From NCBI GenBank assembly GCA_027492035.1, contig JAOZFT010000004.1:317249-349248 (forward strand): a stretch of DNA of 32,000 nt. The letters run 5' to 3'. Of the stretch, positions 12,722 to 20,440 are shown in pieces. Within the stretch, counting starts at the first letter, position 1. Each line of letters begins with the position of its first letter. The notes beneath the pieces were generated by a model. It was given only the letters and a program-made list of their open reading frames with translations. It made no database searches and was not told the DNA's origin. This DNA comes from Thermoproteota archaeon. GTDB lineage: Archaea > Korarchaeota > JAOZGF01 > JAOZFZ01. A program made the position numbers and the translations under genes.

Positions 12722-12804
12722 TGGACCGGGCGGGATTCGAACCCGCGTTCACTGCCTCTTTCTTCTATGCGAAGGCAGCGTGTTTCCACCTGCACCACCG
12801 GCCC
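12722..12804 (-). tRNA. tRNA-Ala(CGC) with a 10-nt insertion after the anticodon loop
   Basis: Reverse complement: GGGCCGG-TG-GTG..CAC-G-CTGCC-TTCGCAT-[AGAAGAAAGA]-GGCAG-TGAAC-GCGGG-TTCGAAT-CCCGC-CCGGTCC-A. The G3:U70 pair is present, which is the Ala identity element. Confidence 0.8.
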
Positions 12805-12957
12805 AACGAAAACATGCTAAAATAATGAATAACAAATTACGTTTTTAAACTTTGTCGCAAGGTTTTTAAAGCTAAAGCCTTTAATAAAAGAATGTATCTT
12901 CATCCTTATTAGGTACCTTTTACTTGCTACGTCAGTTCTAAAGATTCTTTTTTTCAT

Positions 12958-13051
<94 letters not shown>

Positions 13052-13214
13052 TTTTTCATTTTCATTTTTTTCAACGTTTTCAAACTTCTCCTTTACATCT
13101 CCATTTTTATATTTTTCTTTCTCTTTTAGAAAGTTCGGGGAAGGCAATAGTTTACCTTTCGTGATTTTCAGCCTTTCCTTTACAAAGGAGAGAACATGTA
13201 GGGAAAATGAAGCC

Positions 13215-14381
13215 ATGAACAGGGAAAACTTTACCGTTTGGTTTGATGTGGTGAATGCCCCTCATGCTTTACTTTTCTACCCCTTAATAAAGCTATTTTC
13301 TGAAACAGGGTTTAAAGTGCTTGTTACTACCAGGGAATATGGTTACTTAACGGGTTTACTTGATAACCTCGGTTTAGAGTATCACGTATTCTCCTGTCAT
13401 GGTGGAAAGCAAAGGGGAAGGAAACTAGTTTTAAGTATGGAAAGAACGAGGGCATTGGGGAACTTCATAAAGAGTTACATGAGGGAAAGCGGTGAAATAA
13501 AGGTTTTGGTTTCAAAATCTTCACCGGAAGCAGTAGTCGCCGCTTCTGTTTTTAAAACCCCAATTGTGACAGCTTACGAGAACGAACATAACAGATACCA
13601 GTGTAAATTAACTTTCCCCCTTTCCAACTGTTTAGTTATTCCCTCCGTATTTCCTGTTGAAAAACTAATGGAGTTCGGGGCTGACGGCTACCAGGAAATC
13701 CATAAATTCTATGGAACATTTGAAGTTTCCCATGTGAAGTATTTCACTCCCTCTACTGAAGTTTTGCAGAGACTTAATCTTTCAGGGAAAGAAAAAATCG
13801 TGGTTGTGAGACCTGAACCGTACCAAAGCTCTTACTTCTCCATCGAAAAGAGGCCTCTCCTCGTTCCTCTTCTGAAAAAAATCCTTCCGATCCTGAAGGA
13901 ATATGAAGCGGAGGTTTTTGTGTTTCCAAGGTCTCCCTCACAAGCTAAGCAAGTTAAAAACCTTTTTAAGGAAAGCGTTAAAGTGTTGAACAAACCTGTT
14001 GATTCATTAAGCTTAATGAATTATTCCAGTTTATTCTTGGGTGGAGGGGGAACGATGACTCGTGAAGCTGCCTTATTAGGGGTCCCCACTCTCTCCTTTT
14101 ACCCAGGCCCTCTCTTATCTGTGGACAAGTTGTTAATCAATGAAAAATTGGTATTTCATTCAACTGAACCGAAGCAAATAATTTCCTTTACAAGAAGAGC
14201 TTTAGATGAAGGGAAGAAACGTAAACCTAACTTAGCTAAATTCACGGATCCTCTACAAATAATTAAAGATAAAATTTTGCAATATCTTTCACTTGGAGGA
14301 ATTGAAGTAATGTTTGAAAAGAATTTACCTTCGTTTCCTTTTCTTCTCAAAAAACCTCTTCGTAACGTAATACCAAGTTGA
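13215..14381 (+). CDS. DUF354-family protein (predicted glycosyltransferase/epimerase-like fold)
   Basis: The N-terminus VWFDVVNAPHALLFYPLIKLFSETGFKVLVTTREYGY...GGKQRGRKLVLSMERTRAL matches my recollection of DUF354 (IWFDI.tP....F..ii..L...G......R.y...). Start set to the first ATG (13215) in the GTG-initiated ORF. Confidence 0.6.
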   Translation: MNRENFTVWFDVVNAPHALLFYPLIKLFSETGFKVLVTTREYGYLTGLLDNLGLEYHVFSCHGGKQRGRKLVLSMERTRALGNFIKSYMRESGEIKVLVSKSSPEAVVAASVFKTPIVTAYENEHNRYQCKLTFPLSNCLVIPSVFPVEKLMEFGADGYQEIHKFYGTFEVSHVKYFTPSTEVLQRLNLSGKEKIVVVRPEPYQSSYFSIEKRPLLVPLLKKILPILKEYEAEVFVFPRSPSQAKQVKNLFKESVKVLNKPVDSLSLMNYSSLFLGGGGTMTREAALLGVPTLSFYPGPLLSVDKLLINEKLVFHSTEPKQIISFTRRALDEGKKRKPNLAKFTDPLQIIKDKILQYLSLGGIEVMFEKNLPSFPFLLKKPLRNVIPS

Positions 14382-14564
14382 AAGCCAAAGAACAAACACT
14401 CCTCCCGCCATTAAAAGTTTAATTAAGCTATAAATTAAGAGAGGAAAGTAACCCTTTGCATTACTCCCTAAGGGCACAATATACATATAAAGGAAGTAAA
14501 CTCCCAAAAGCAAACTCAACCACACATACAACACAATAAAGAAAAGACTTACCCAAGCCTTCAA
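14325..14564 (-). CDS. Small membrane protein (2-3 TM helices, basic C-terminus), hypothetical
   Basis: 79-aa ORF with a TTG start preceded by aaggggaaaacaa. It begins 14 nt downstream of the GT4 gene on the same strand. Strongly hydrophobic with a KKRKRR tail. Its 3' end overlaps the convergent DUF354 gene by 57 nt. Confidence 0.4.
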   Translation of the reverse strand: MKAWVSLFFIVLYVWLSLLLGVYFLYMYIVPLGSNAKGYFPLLIYSLIKLLMAGGVFVLWLSTWYYVTKRFFEKKRKRR

Positions 14565-14578
14565 TTGTTTTCCCCTTT

Positions 14579-15562
14579 TTAAAGAAAAATAGATAGTACC
14601 CCTAAAGCAGAAGAGAACAAAATCAAGGAATCAATTCTTTTCACAATTTGTGGTTCAAATAAGGGAGTGTCGCTCACCACCAAACTAACAAGAGTCATAG
14701 GTATATCCCTATCTTTTGAAACAGAAATTTTGCCTTCATTAGTTAGAAAAGTAGGCCTTCTAACCTTGCTTTTCTCTTTAAAGCCTGAACTGCTTATTAT
14801 ATAGAAACCGTTCATTATAAAGGGAATGAATGCTATTAAGAACTGGAACTCAACTTTATTTATTACGGCTAAACCGGTTAAGATTGCCCCTGTGGCCAAT
14901 GAACCGGTGTCTCCGCCAAAAATCTTCGACGGAAACCAGTTGTACCTTAGGTACACCAATAAAGCCACAATAATTGGTAGAAACAACAAAGAATCTGCAA
15001 CCCCTCCCAAAATGAGTTTGGAAACCATTAAAGAAAAAAGGATTATTAGCGAGGCAGATGGCATTAAACCGTTTAAAACATCTAACTGATTAACGGCGTT
15101 TGCACCTACACTAAAAATTGGGAGAAGCAGTAGGGGGTAAACAATAAACAGTCGTGTGTAGCCAATAAAAGGTAATCTTACTCGAGGAACAAAAACAGGT
15201 GAGAAAAGTAAGGGTAAGGCGCATAATGTCGCAAGTAAAGGCTTCTCTCTTCCCCCTAAAACCGATAAATCATCTATTAAACCTATTACTGCAGCAGTGA
15301 TCGCTACAGCTATTAACGTAAAAGATTTAGGTATTTCCGAAGGGTAAATGGCGCAAAGGAAAATTAAACCCAGGATGTAACTAATGATAAGTGGAACCCC
15401 CCCTACTTCAGCTACCTCAGGCTTACCTGTTTTATGCACATCTAAACCTACGATTTTCCTTCTTTTAACTCTTTCAATATACCTTTGAAACAGTTTGTTA
15501 GAGAGAAAGAACTGTAAAATTAAGAGAAAACAGAAAAATAAAACATGTAGAATTTCCAGCAT
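14579..15562 (-). CDS. Polyprenyl-phosphate GlcNAc-1-phosphate transferase family (MraY/WecA/AglH-like, GT4) paralog 1
   Basis: Multi-TM protein with VHKTGKPEVAEVGG, IGLIDDL, NAVNQLDVLNGL, FPSKIFGGDTGSLATG, the characteristic motifs of the family. Confidence 0.85.
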   Translation of the reverse strand: MLEILHVLFFCFLLILQFFLSNKLFQRYIERVKRRKIVGLDVHKTGKPEVAEVGGVPLIISYILGLIFLCAIYPSEIPKSFTLIAVAITAAVIGLIDDLSVLGGREKPLLATLCALPLLFSPVFVPRVRLPFIGYTRLFIVYPLLLLPIFSVGANAVNQLDVLNGLMPSASLIILFSLMVSKLILGGVADSLLFLPIIVALLVYLRYNWFPSKIFGGDTGSLATGAILTGLAVINKVEFQFLIAFIPFIMNGFYIISSSGFKEKSKVRRPTFLTNEGKISVSKDRDIPMTLVSLVVSDTPLFEPQIVKRIDSLILFSSALGVLSIFL

Positions 15563-15647
15563 AAAAAGGAACCCCCACCATCTTCCTTTTTTAAAAAGCG
15601 ATTAATCTTTAAAAATTTTAAAAACTTTGTATTCAAAGGAATCCCTT

Positions 15648-15663
15648 GCTGAAATTTTTCAGC
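15648..15663. promoter_or_regulatory. Palindrome GCTGAAA-TT-TTTCAGC in the divergent GT4/GT4 intergenic region
   Basis: Perfect 7-bp arms around a 2-nt centre, located in the middle of the 156-bp divergent promoter region. Confidence 0.3.
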
Positions 15664-15718
15664 TTCTTTGGTTCCTAAATAATTTAAATAAAGGTTTGAA
15701 AAGGAACAGCTGACACTT

Positions 15719-16726
15719 ATGTCTCTACTGAATTTGGTTTTGATTCCTGAAGAAGTCTTCTATGTTTTAATAAATGTCCTCCTTTTCCTTTGTTCCTTCA
15801 TTGCCTCCTTTCTTTTATCTATTTATTTGTCACGGAAGATTAAGAAATTCGGCTTTTTAAAACCGGATCTACATAAAAAAGGAAAACCTTTGATTCCTAC
15901 TTTAGGCGGCCTTTCCCCTCTCCTATCTTTCCTCTTAACAAGTATTCTTTACATTAATTTATTCAAGTTAAAGCCTTCTAAACTTATTGCTGCAGTGTTT
16001 CCTGCATTTTTTGGTTTAACAGGTCTCTATGACGACTTCACCTCACTGAACAAATACGAAAAAGTATTGCTTGGTTTTTTAGCCACTGCAATCTTGTTGA
16101 CGTTTCAGATACTCAGAAACTCTAAAGTTCCTTTACAGAGCCTTATTCTCCCTTTCATTTTCACTTGTTTAAGCGGCAGCTTCATAGTCAATGCAACTAA
16201 CACCTTAGCCGGTTTTAACGGTTTAGAAGCAGGTTTATCGCTGATAGTTTCCTTGTATCTACTCCTCCTTTCTCTCATGAACAACAAACCAATTTTTTTG
16301 GTAGTTATTTTCATGGGGTGTTTACTAGGTTTCTTTCTCCTTAACTTTTACCCAGCTAAAATTTTTCCCGGAAACGTAGGCACCTTCTTTTTCGGGGGCT
16401 TCATTGTAACCTATGCAGTAACCACTAACGAAGTAATTTACGTTTTACCTTTGTTTATCCCTCATTTAATGGATTTCTTCCTGAAACTAAAAGTTAAACT
16501 TGAAAGCAAAACAGGGTCTCCTGCAAAAATAAGTGAGAAAGGGAAGCTGCAGCCTCCAAGTTACCCTTCCTTACTAGGCTTCCTTATTTCTAAAACGCAA
16601 CCCACTGAAAAGGAACTTGTGGCTTTCACCCTTTTCCTGGAAGCATTGATTGCTTCTGCGTTGTTACTAATTTTTAAAACAGTGCCTTTACCTTCCTTCC
16701 TGCAGCTTCTTTTCTTATCCCCTTAG
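15719..16726 (+). CDS. Polyprenyl-phosphate GlcNAc-1-phosphate transferase family (MraY/WecA/AglH-like, GT4) paralog 2
   Basis: LHKKGKPLIPTLGG, GLYDDF, NATNTLAGFNGLEAG, YPAKIFPGNVGTFFFG. Multi-TM. Transcribed divergently from paralog 1. Confidence 0.85.
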   Translation: MSLLNLVLIPEEVFYVLINVLLFLCSFIASFLLSIYLSRKIKKFGFLKPDLHKKGKPLIPTLGGLSPLLSFLLTSILYINLFKLKPSKLIAAVFPAFFGLTGLYDDFTSLNKYEKVLLGFLATAILLTFQILRNSKVPLQSLILPFIFTCLSGSFIVNATNTLAGFNGLEAGLSLIVSLYLLLLSLMNNKPIFLVVIFMGCLLGFFLLNFYPAKIFPGNVGTFFFGGFIVTYAVTTNEVIYVLPLFIPHLMDFFLKLKVKLESKTGSPAKISEKGKLQPPSYPSLLGFLISKTQPTEKELVAFTLFLEALIASALLLIFKTVPLPSFLQLLFLSP

Positions 16727-16830
16727 AACGGTAACTATTTAAGAAAAGAGAAACCTTTAAAAACCATTGACGAAACTTAATATCCTAACCTTTAAGACTT
16801 AAAAATGTGTTTTGTTATCTTTTCCTGTAT

Positions 16831-16963
16831 GCCGGGGTGGCTCAGGCGGTTAGTTTTTAAAAGAAACTAAAGCGCCAGACTCATAAACCTAGACGGAAAA
16901 AGTCGAGACATCTGGAGGTCGCGGGTTCGAACGGTCAGCTGCCTGAAAAACCCGCCCCCGGCA
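16831..16963 (+). tRNA. Elongator-type tRNA(CAU) (Met, or Ile2 if modified) with three introns
   Basis: GCCGGGG-TG-GCTC-AGGCGGTTAG[tttttaaaagaaactaa]AGC-G-CCAGA-CTCATAA[acctagacggaaaaagtcgagaca]TCTGG-AGGTC-GCGGG-TTCGAA[cggtcagctgcctgaaaa]A-CCCGC-CCCCGGC-A. Insert sizes of 17, 24 and 18 nt account exactly for 133 nt versus a 74-nt mature length. Confidence 0.85.
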
Positions 16964-17044
16964 CTTTTACTTCTTTACTTTCTGTTCGTTCCTTTTCTTT
17001 AAGCCTAAGCCTTAGCTTTTATCATAGGTTTTGGGAAGTTAATA

Positions 17045-17142
17045 AGCCCTGGGAGGGATTCGAACCCTCGGCCTGCTGCTTTCTAGTTCGTTACGAGGAT
17101 CGGCTTCTTGAATCAGCCGCTCTACCGCTAAGCTACCAGGGC
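17045..17142 (-). tRNA. tRNA-Thr(CGU) with two insertions flanking the anticodon loop (15 nt at ~30/31, 11 nt at 38/39)
   Basis: Reverse complement: GCCCTGG-TA-GCTT-AGCGGTA-GAGC-G-GCTG[attcaagaagccgat]C-CTCGTAA-[cgaactagaaa]GCAGC-AGGCC-GAGGG-TTCGAAT-CCCTC-CCAGGGC-T. This gives a perfect GCUGC/GCAGC stem. U73 and the T-arm match the tRNA-Thr(UGU) at 6608. Any single-intron parse gives only class-II anticodons on a class-I body. Confidence 0.65.
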
Positions 17143-17143
17143 T

Positions 17144-17347
17144 TTATTTCCAAATTTTTTCGTTAAAAAGTTTTAATAAATCCTTTTCATCCTGTTTCTC
17201 AATGAATAAAAGAATTTTTCTTTTTTCCTTTTCAAAACTAACTTTTGGAGGAATAGGGTTTATTGTCTCACTTTTACACTCTTTACATTCCTTTTCCTCT
17301 AAATAATACCTCCCACATCTTGGGCATTTTGTTAAAAAATTACGCAC
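17144..17347 (-). CDS. nop10: H/ACA RNP protein Nop10
   Basis: N-terminal zinc ribbon KCPRCGRYYLEEKECKECKSE followed by INPIPPKVS (compare Nop10 HPPRFSP). Sits in the conserved position downstream of aIF2-alpha. Confidence 0.8.
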   Translation of the reverse strand: MRNFLTKCPRCGRYYLEEKECKECKSETINPIPPKVSFEKEKRKILLFIEKQDEKDLLKLFNEKIWK

Positions 17348-18149
17348 CCTTCCTAGCCTCCTTCCTTTCTAAAACTTTAATTATCAACTTATTCTCTTTG
17401 CCGTATTTAATAATTGAATTTATAATTTTCTTCATTCTTTCTTCAGCTTTCTTGAAATCGCTTGTTGTTACAGAAATTCTGTACCTAGGTGACCCCACGT
17501 TAGTTATCTCTATCTTAGCTTCATCCACTGAATTCTCCTCTTTTGCAGCAATTAACGTTTGTTTAATCCTTTCAACCCCATTCGGAGCTATACTAACAAG
17601 TTCAACGTAATTTGTTAGGTTAACCACGGGAGACTCAATATTTGCTTCAGCAACCCGAATCAATTCTTCCTTTAAGTCTCTCTCCAGCTTCATTTTATCT
17701 AAGAAACTAGTTCCTTCAAAAACTATGTTTTCAAAACCTGCTAAAACGTCTCCGAATTCTCTTTCAAATGGGTTTCCAATTTTCCTATAAACCTCTTCCA
17801 AGGATTTGTTTGTTTTCCTAGCTACTAATTGAAGGAGATACTTCCCCTTCCTCCTTCTTTTCCATTCTTGCAGGGTTTTTTTTGTTTCTTCTTCTCTAAC
17901 AGCTTTTAATGAGAGATCAATTAACCCTTTACTTGGATTTACTCTAATTACTCTTGCTACAACCCTCTGTTTCTCTTTTATAAAATGTTTTATGTCTTTG
18001 ACCCATACACTTGAAACTTCGGTCCTAGGTATGAAGCCCTCCTTCTCATACTCTGAAATATCTATGTAGGCACCGTATTCATCGATTTTTTTTATTTCCC
18101 CAACAACCAGTTCTCCTCTTCTAGGGTACATTTTACTTTTGTCCAACAT
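17340..18149 (-). CDS. eif2a: Translation initiation factor aIF2 alpha subunit
   Basis: N-terminal S1 domain (YPRRGELVVGEIKKIDEYGAYIDISEYEKEGFIP), then helical and alpha-beta domains. 269 aa. Confidence 0.9.
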   Translation of the reverse strand: MLDKSKMYPRRGELVVGEIKKIDEYGAYIDISEYEKEGFIPRTEVSSVWVKDIKHFIKEKQRVVARVIRVNPSKGLIDLSLKAVREEETKKTLQEWKRRRKGKYLLQLVARKTNKSLEEVYRKIGNPFEREFGDVLAGFENIVFEGTSFLDKMKLERDLKEELIRVAEANIESPVVNLTNYVELVSIAPNGVERIKQTLIAAKEENSVDEAKIEITNVGSPRYRISVTTSDFKKAEERMKKIINSIIKYGKENKLIIKVLERKEARKGA

Positions 18150-18165
18150 GAATTTTCTCCTTTTT

Positions 18166-18354
18166 TCACCCCATCACTTGAAGGACTCTTCCATAAATTT
18201 TAGCTTTACCTCCTCCTGGCTTCACTAATAAAGTGTTACAGATTCTACACTCCACTTTCATTTTTGAGTGATTGTAAACTATTTGTTCAGCGCCGCATTT
18301 TGGACATTTTACAAGTAAAAATTTACTTCTGGGCTTAAGTATGATTTCCTTCAT
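18166..18354 (-). CDS. rps27e: 30S ribosomal protein S27e
   Basis: 62 aa with the C4 zinc ribbon CPKCGAEQIV...CRICNTLL. Confidence 0.9.
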   Translation of the reverse strand: MKEIILKPRSKFLLVKCPKCGAEQIVYNHSKMKVECRICNTLLVKPGGGKAKIYGRVLQVMG

Positions 18355-18626
18355 TTCTCCACCTCTATCTTTTTCAGCCTAACCCCTTTCCTAACCATCG
18401 TGTATCCACAATCTTTACATGTTAACATTAACACTTGTTTCTTTGTGGTTTTTACAGTTCTTTGTTTTCCTCTAGGGCTTCCACCATATCCTTTTAATAG
18501 TTTTTCGTGTTGTCTCTGTCCCCAAGATAATGCTCTACTTTTCCCCTTCTTATAGATCTTTATAGTGTGTTCTGTATGTGTTTTACATTTAGGGCAATAA
18601 ACACGTAGAGTTTTAGGCACCTTCAT
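18351..18626 (-). CDS. rpl44e: 50S ribosomal protein L44e (eL42)
   Basis: MKVPKTLRVYCPKCKTHTEHTIKIYKKGK...QRQHEKLLKGYGG...LTCKDCGY. 4-nt overlap with the S27e gene. Confidence 0.9.
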   Translation of the reverse strand: MKVPKTLRVYCPKCKTHTEHTIKIYKKGKSRALSWGQRQHEKLLKGYGGSPRGKQRTVKTTKKQVLMLTCKDCGYTMVRKGVRLKKIEVEK

Positions 18627-18639
18627 TTCTCTATCCCCT

Positions 18640-19146
18640 TTAAATGTTTACTATTTCAGCTTTTCTTTTGGAAACTAAAGGTTTTATGTTTCCGTATTTT
18701 GTGTAAACTAAATCTCCCCCTTTAAACGGACCATAAATTTTTAAATCTACAGGACCTATAAAGGAAGCAGTTTCTTCAAGTATTTTCACGGTAACTTTAT
18801 CTTCTCCTTTAAATTTTTCTTTTTCTATCCTTCCTTTGAAAATTCTTTCTTCAATACTTTGCAAAATTTCTTTCTCTTCCTTAACTAAAGAACTCCATTC
18901 CTCATTTAACCCCTTTTTAAGTCTTGTGATAAGTAAAGCCAGAACTAAATCATGACATATTCCTTTTATTTCTTCAAACATTTTTTTTTCCAGTACCTCT
19001 TCAGTTTTCTCAATTTCTTCATTCAACTTCTTAATTTTATTCCTTACTAATTCATAAAATTCTTCTTTTAAGGGTTGTAAATCAACGCTACTTAACTCTT
19101 TTTTCAGCTGTTCATAAATTTCCTCTAAACTAATTTCTTGGCTCAC
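18640..19146 (-). CDS. Probable GINS subunit (Gins51/Gins15-type, A-domain then B-domain)
   Basis: 168 aa. The helical N-terminal half (LEEIYEQLKKELSSVDLQPLKEEFYELV...LLITRLKK) is followed by a small beta-rich C-terminal part (VKILEETASFIGPVDLKIYGPFKGGDLVYTKYGNIKPLVSKRKAE). Overlaps the PriS stop by 17 nt, the conserved PriS-GINS context. Confidence 0.55.
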   Translation of the reverse strand: MSQEISLEEIYEQLKKELSSVDLQPLKEEFYELVRNKIKKLNEEIEKTEEVLEKKMFEEIKGICHDLVLALLITRLKKGLNEEWSSLVKEEKEILQSIEERIFKGRIEKEKFKGEDKVTVKILEETASFIGPVDLKIYGPFKGGDLVYTKYGNIKPLVSKRKAEIVNI

Positions 19147-20365
19147 TAAGCTTAGCCTCCCCTTTCAAAATAAACAACACAGCTGTTGAAAGAGGAACCT
19201 CTACTTCTTCAAACTTGTAAGGGCCTATTTTTTCCCCTTTCAAATCAATTTCAGGTATAATTCCAGTTTTAATTTTTACTGATTCATCTGTTTCCAGAAC
19301 CGCTTCTTTCAGGGGGTTAAACATGTCTAGATCCTCAATTTGGACAGTTTTTACTTGGAAACCTGTCTTTCCATGTAAAGTGTTGGGTATTCTTATCAGT
19401 TTTTTCAAGTCAAGTGCCACTGTTTCGTCTATGCTGCATCTGTTTTTCCTTAACAAGCTTTCCACTATCTTCCCTATTTCTTTCTTGGTTAATTTAAATG
19501 ATTCATTTGACCAGATGGCAGGTTTCTCTTGCAAATTGTTTTTAATCAGTGACGATTTTTCCCTCATTTCCTCAATTTTCCTCTTACTTATTTCCAATTC
19601 AGTTAATTTTTCTTTCCTTGAAAGTAGTTCGGAGTAACTTCTTGCTATAATCCCTTTCCAGCCTGGGTCAAACACGCCGGGTCCATATACTACCTCTCCT
19701 CTCTTTCTAAACCATAAATCATATTTCCAACCTACCCCTTTCAAGTAATCAAGTATTTCTCTTCTTTCTTTCTGCTTAAGTTTGTAGAAGCTTTTCTTCT
19801 TCAAATGAATGTGGTATCCTCTCTGACCTGAAAAATTAACCAGTAAATCCTTTTCATTTAAGCCAAAATCTTCCATTAAGAAATTAAATAACACTTTCTC
19901 AGCTTCTTTCTTTGCTTCCCTTAAGTTTTTTGTGTTGGGCCAAAAAACAAGGGAAGTTGAATATGATCCGCAGGAGCTGCATTTCTCCTTTCTGCCGAAT
20001 CCACTCTCTCCACATTTGTTGCATTTCCAGGTGAAAGAGAAGGCATCTTTAGGGATACTTAAATGGTCTGCATCAATGTCAAAGACTATCTCTGCACCAA
20101 TCCACCCCTTTTTCTCCATTTCTCTTTCAGCTGGATTTTTAAAGAAAGCAGAAGAGTAATGTGAATTTATCGGTGTATTCCATTCAAGAAATTCAGTTAG
20201 TTCCTTCAAGGAATTAAAGGATATGTGCCTGTACATTCCCGGCTTTTGATAAAAAGTGAAACCGAACTCTCTCCTCTCAATTTCATCCGGATACTTTATT
20301 AATTTCTTATTCTTCTTGAAGTATTCATGAAAAAATTTCTTAATTAATTTTTTCTCTCCATTCAT
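19130..20365 (-). CDS. priS: DNA primase small (catalytic) subunit PriS
   Basis: Catalytic IVFDIDADH, zinc knuckle CNKCGESGFGRKEKCSSCGS, SGQRGYHIH, and RIPNTLHGKTG. Confidence 0.9.
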   Translation of the reverse strand: MNGEKKLIKKFFHEYFKKNKKLIKYPDEIERREFGFTFYQKPGMYRHISFNSLKELTEFLEWNTPINSHYSSAFFKNPAEREMEKKGWIGAEIVFDIDADHLSIPKDAFSFTWKCNKCGESGFGRKEKCSSCGSYSTSLVFWPNTKNLREAKKEAEKVLFNFLMEDFGLNEKDLLVNFSGQRGYHIHLKKKSFYKLKQKERREILDYLKGVGWKYDLWFRKRGEVVYGPGVFDPGWKGIIARSYSELLSRKEKLTELEISKRKIEEMREKSSLIKNNLQEKPAIWSNESFKLTKKEIGKIVESLLRKNRCSIDETVALDLKKLIRIPNTLHGKTGFQVKTVQIEDLDMFNPLKEAVLETDESVKIKTGIIPEIDLKGEKIGPYKFEEVEVPLSTAVLFILKGEAKLSEPRN

Positions 20366-20440
20366 TCCTGTTCTTTTTCTCTTTTACTTTCCATTACCTT
20401 CCCATATCCCCGCATACCTACTTCTCTTTAGTTTGTAGTT

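Noticed and set aside
17045-17142. Reading this tRNA as an opal-suppressor/Sec-like tRNA(UCA) or a tRNA-Leu(CAA)
   Set aside because: UCA needs a 4-bp stem with a G-A mismatch, no nucleotide 26, and an unstructured 32-nt variable region. CAA sits on a class-I body with U73. The two-insert Thr(CGU) solution gives a perfect stem-loop and matches the Thr identity features.
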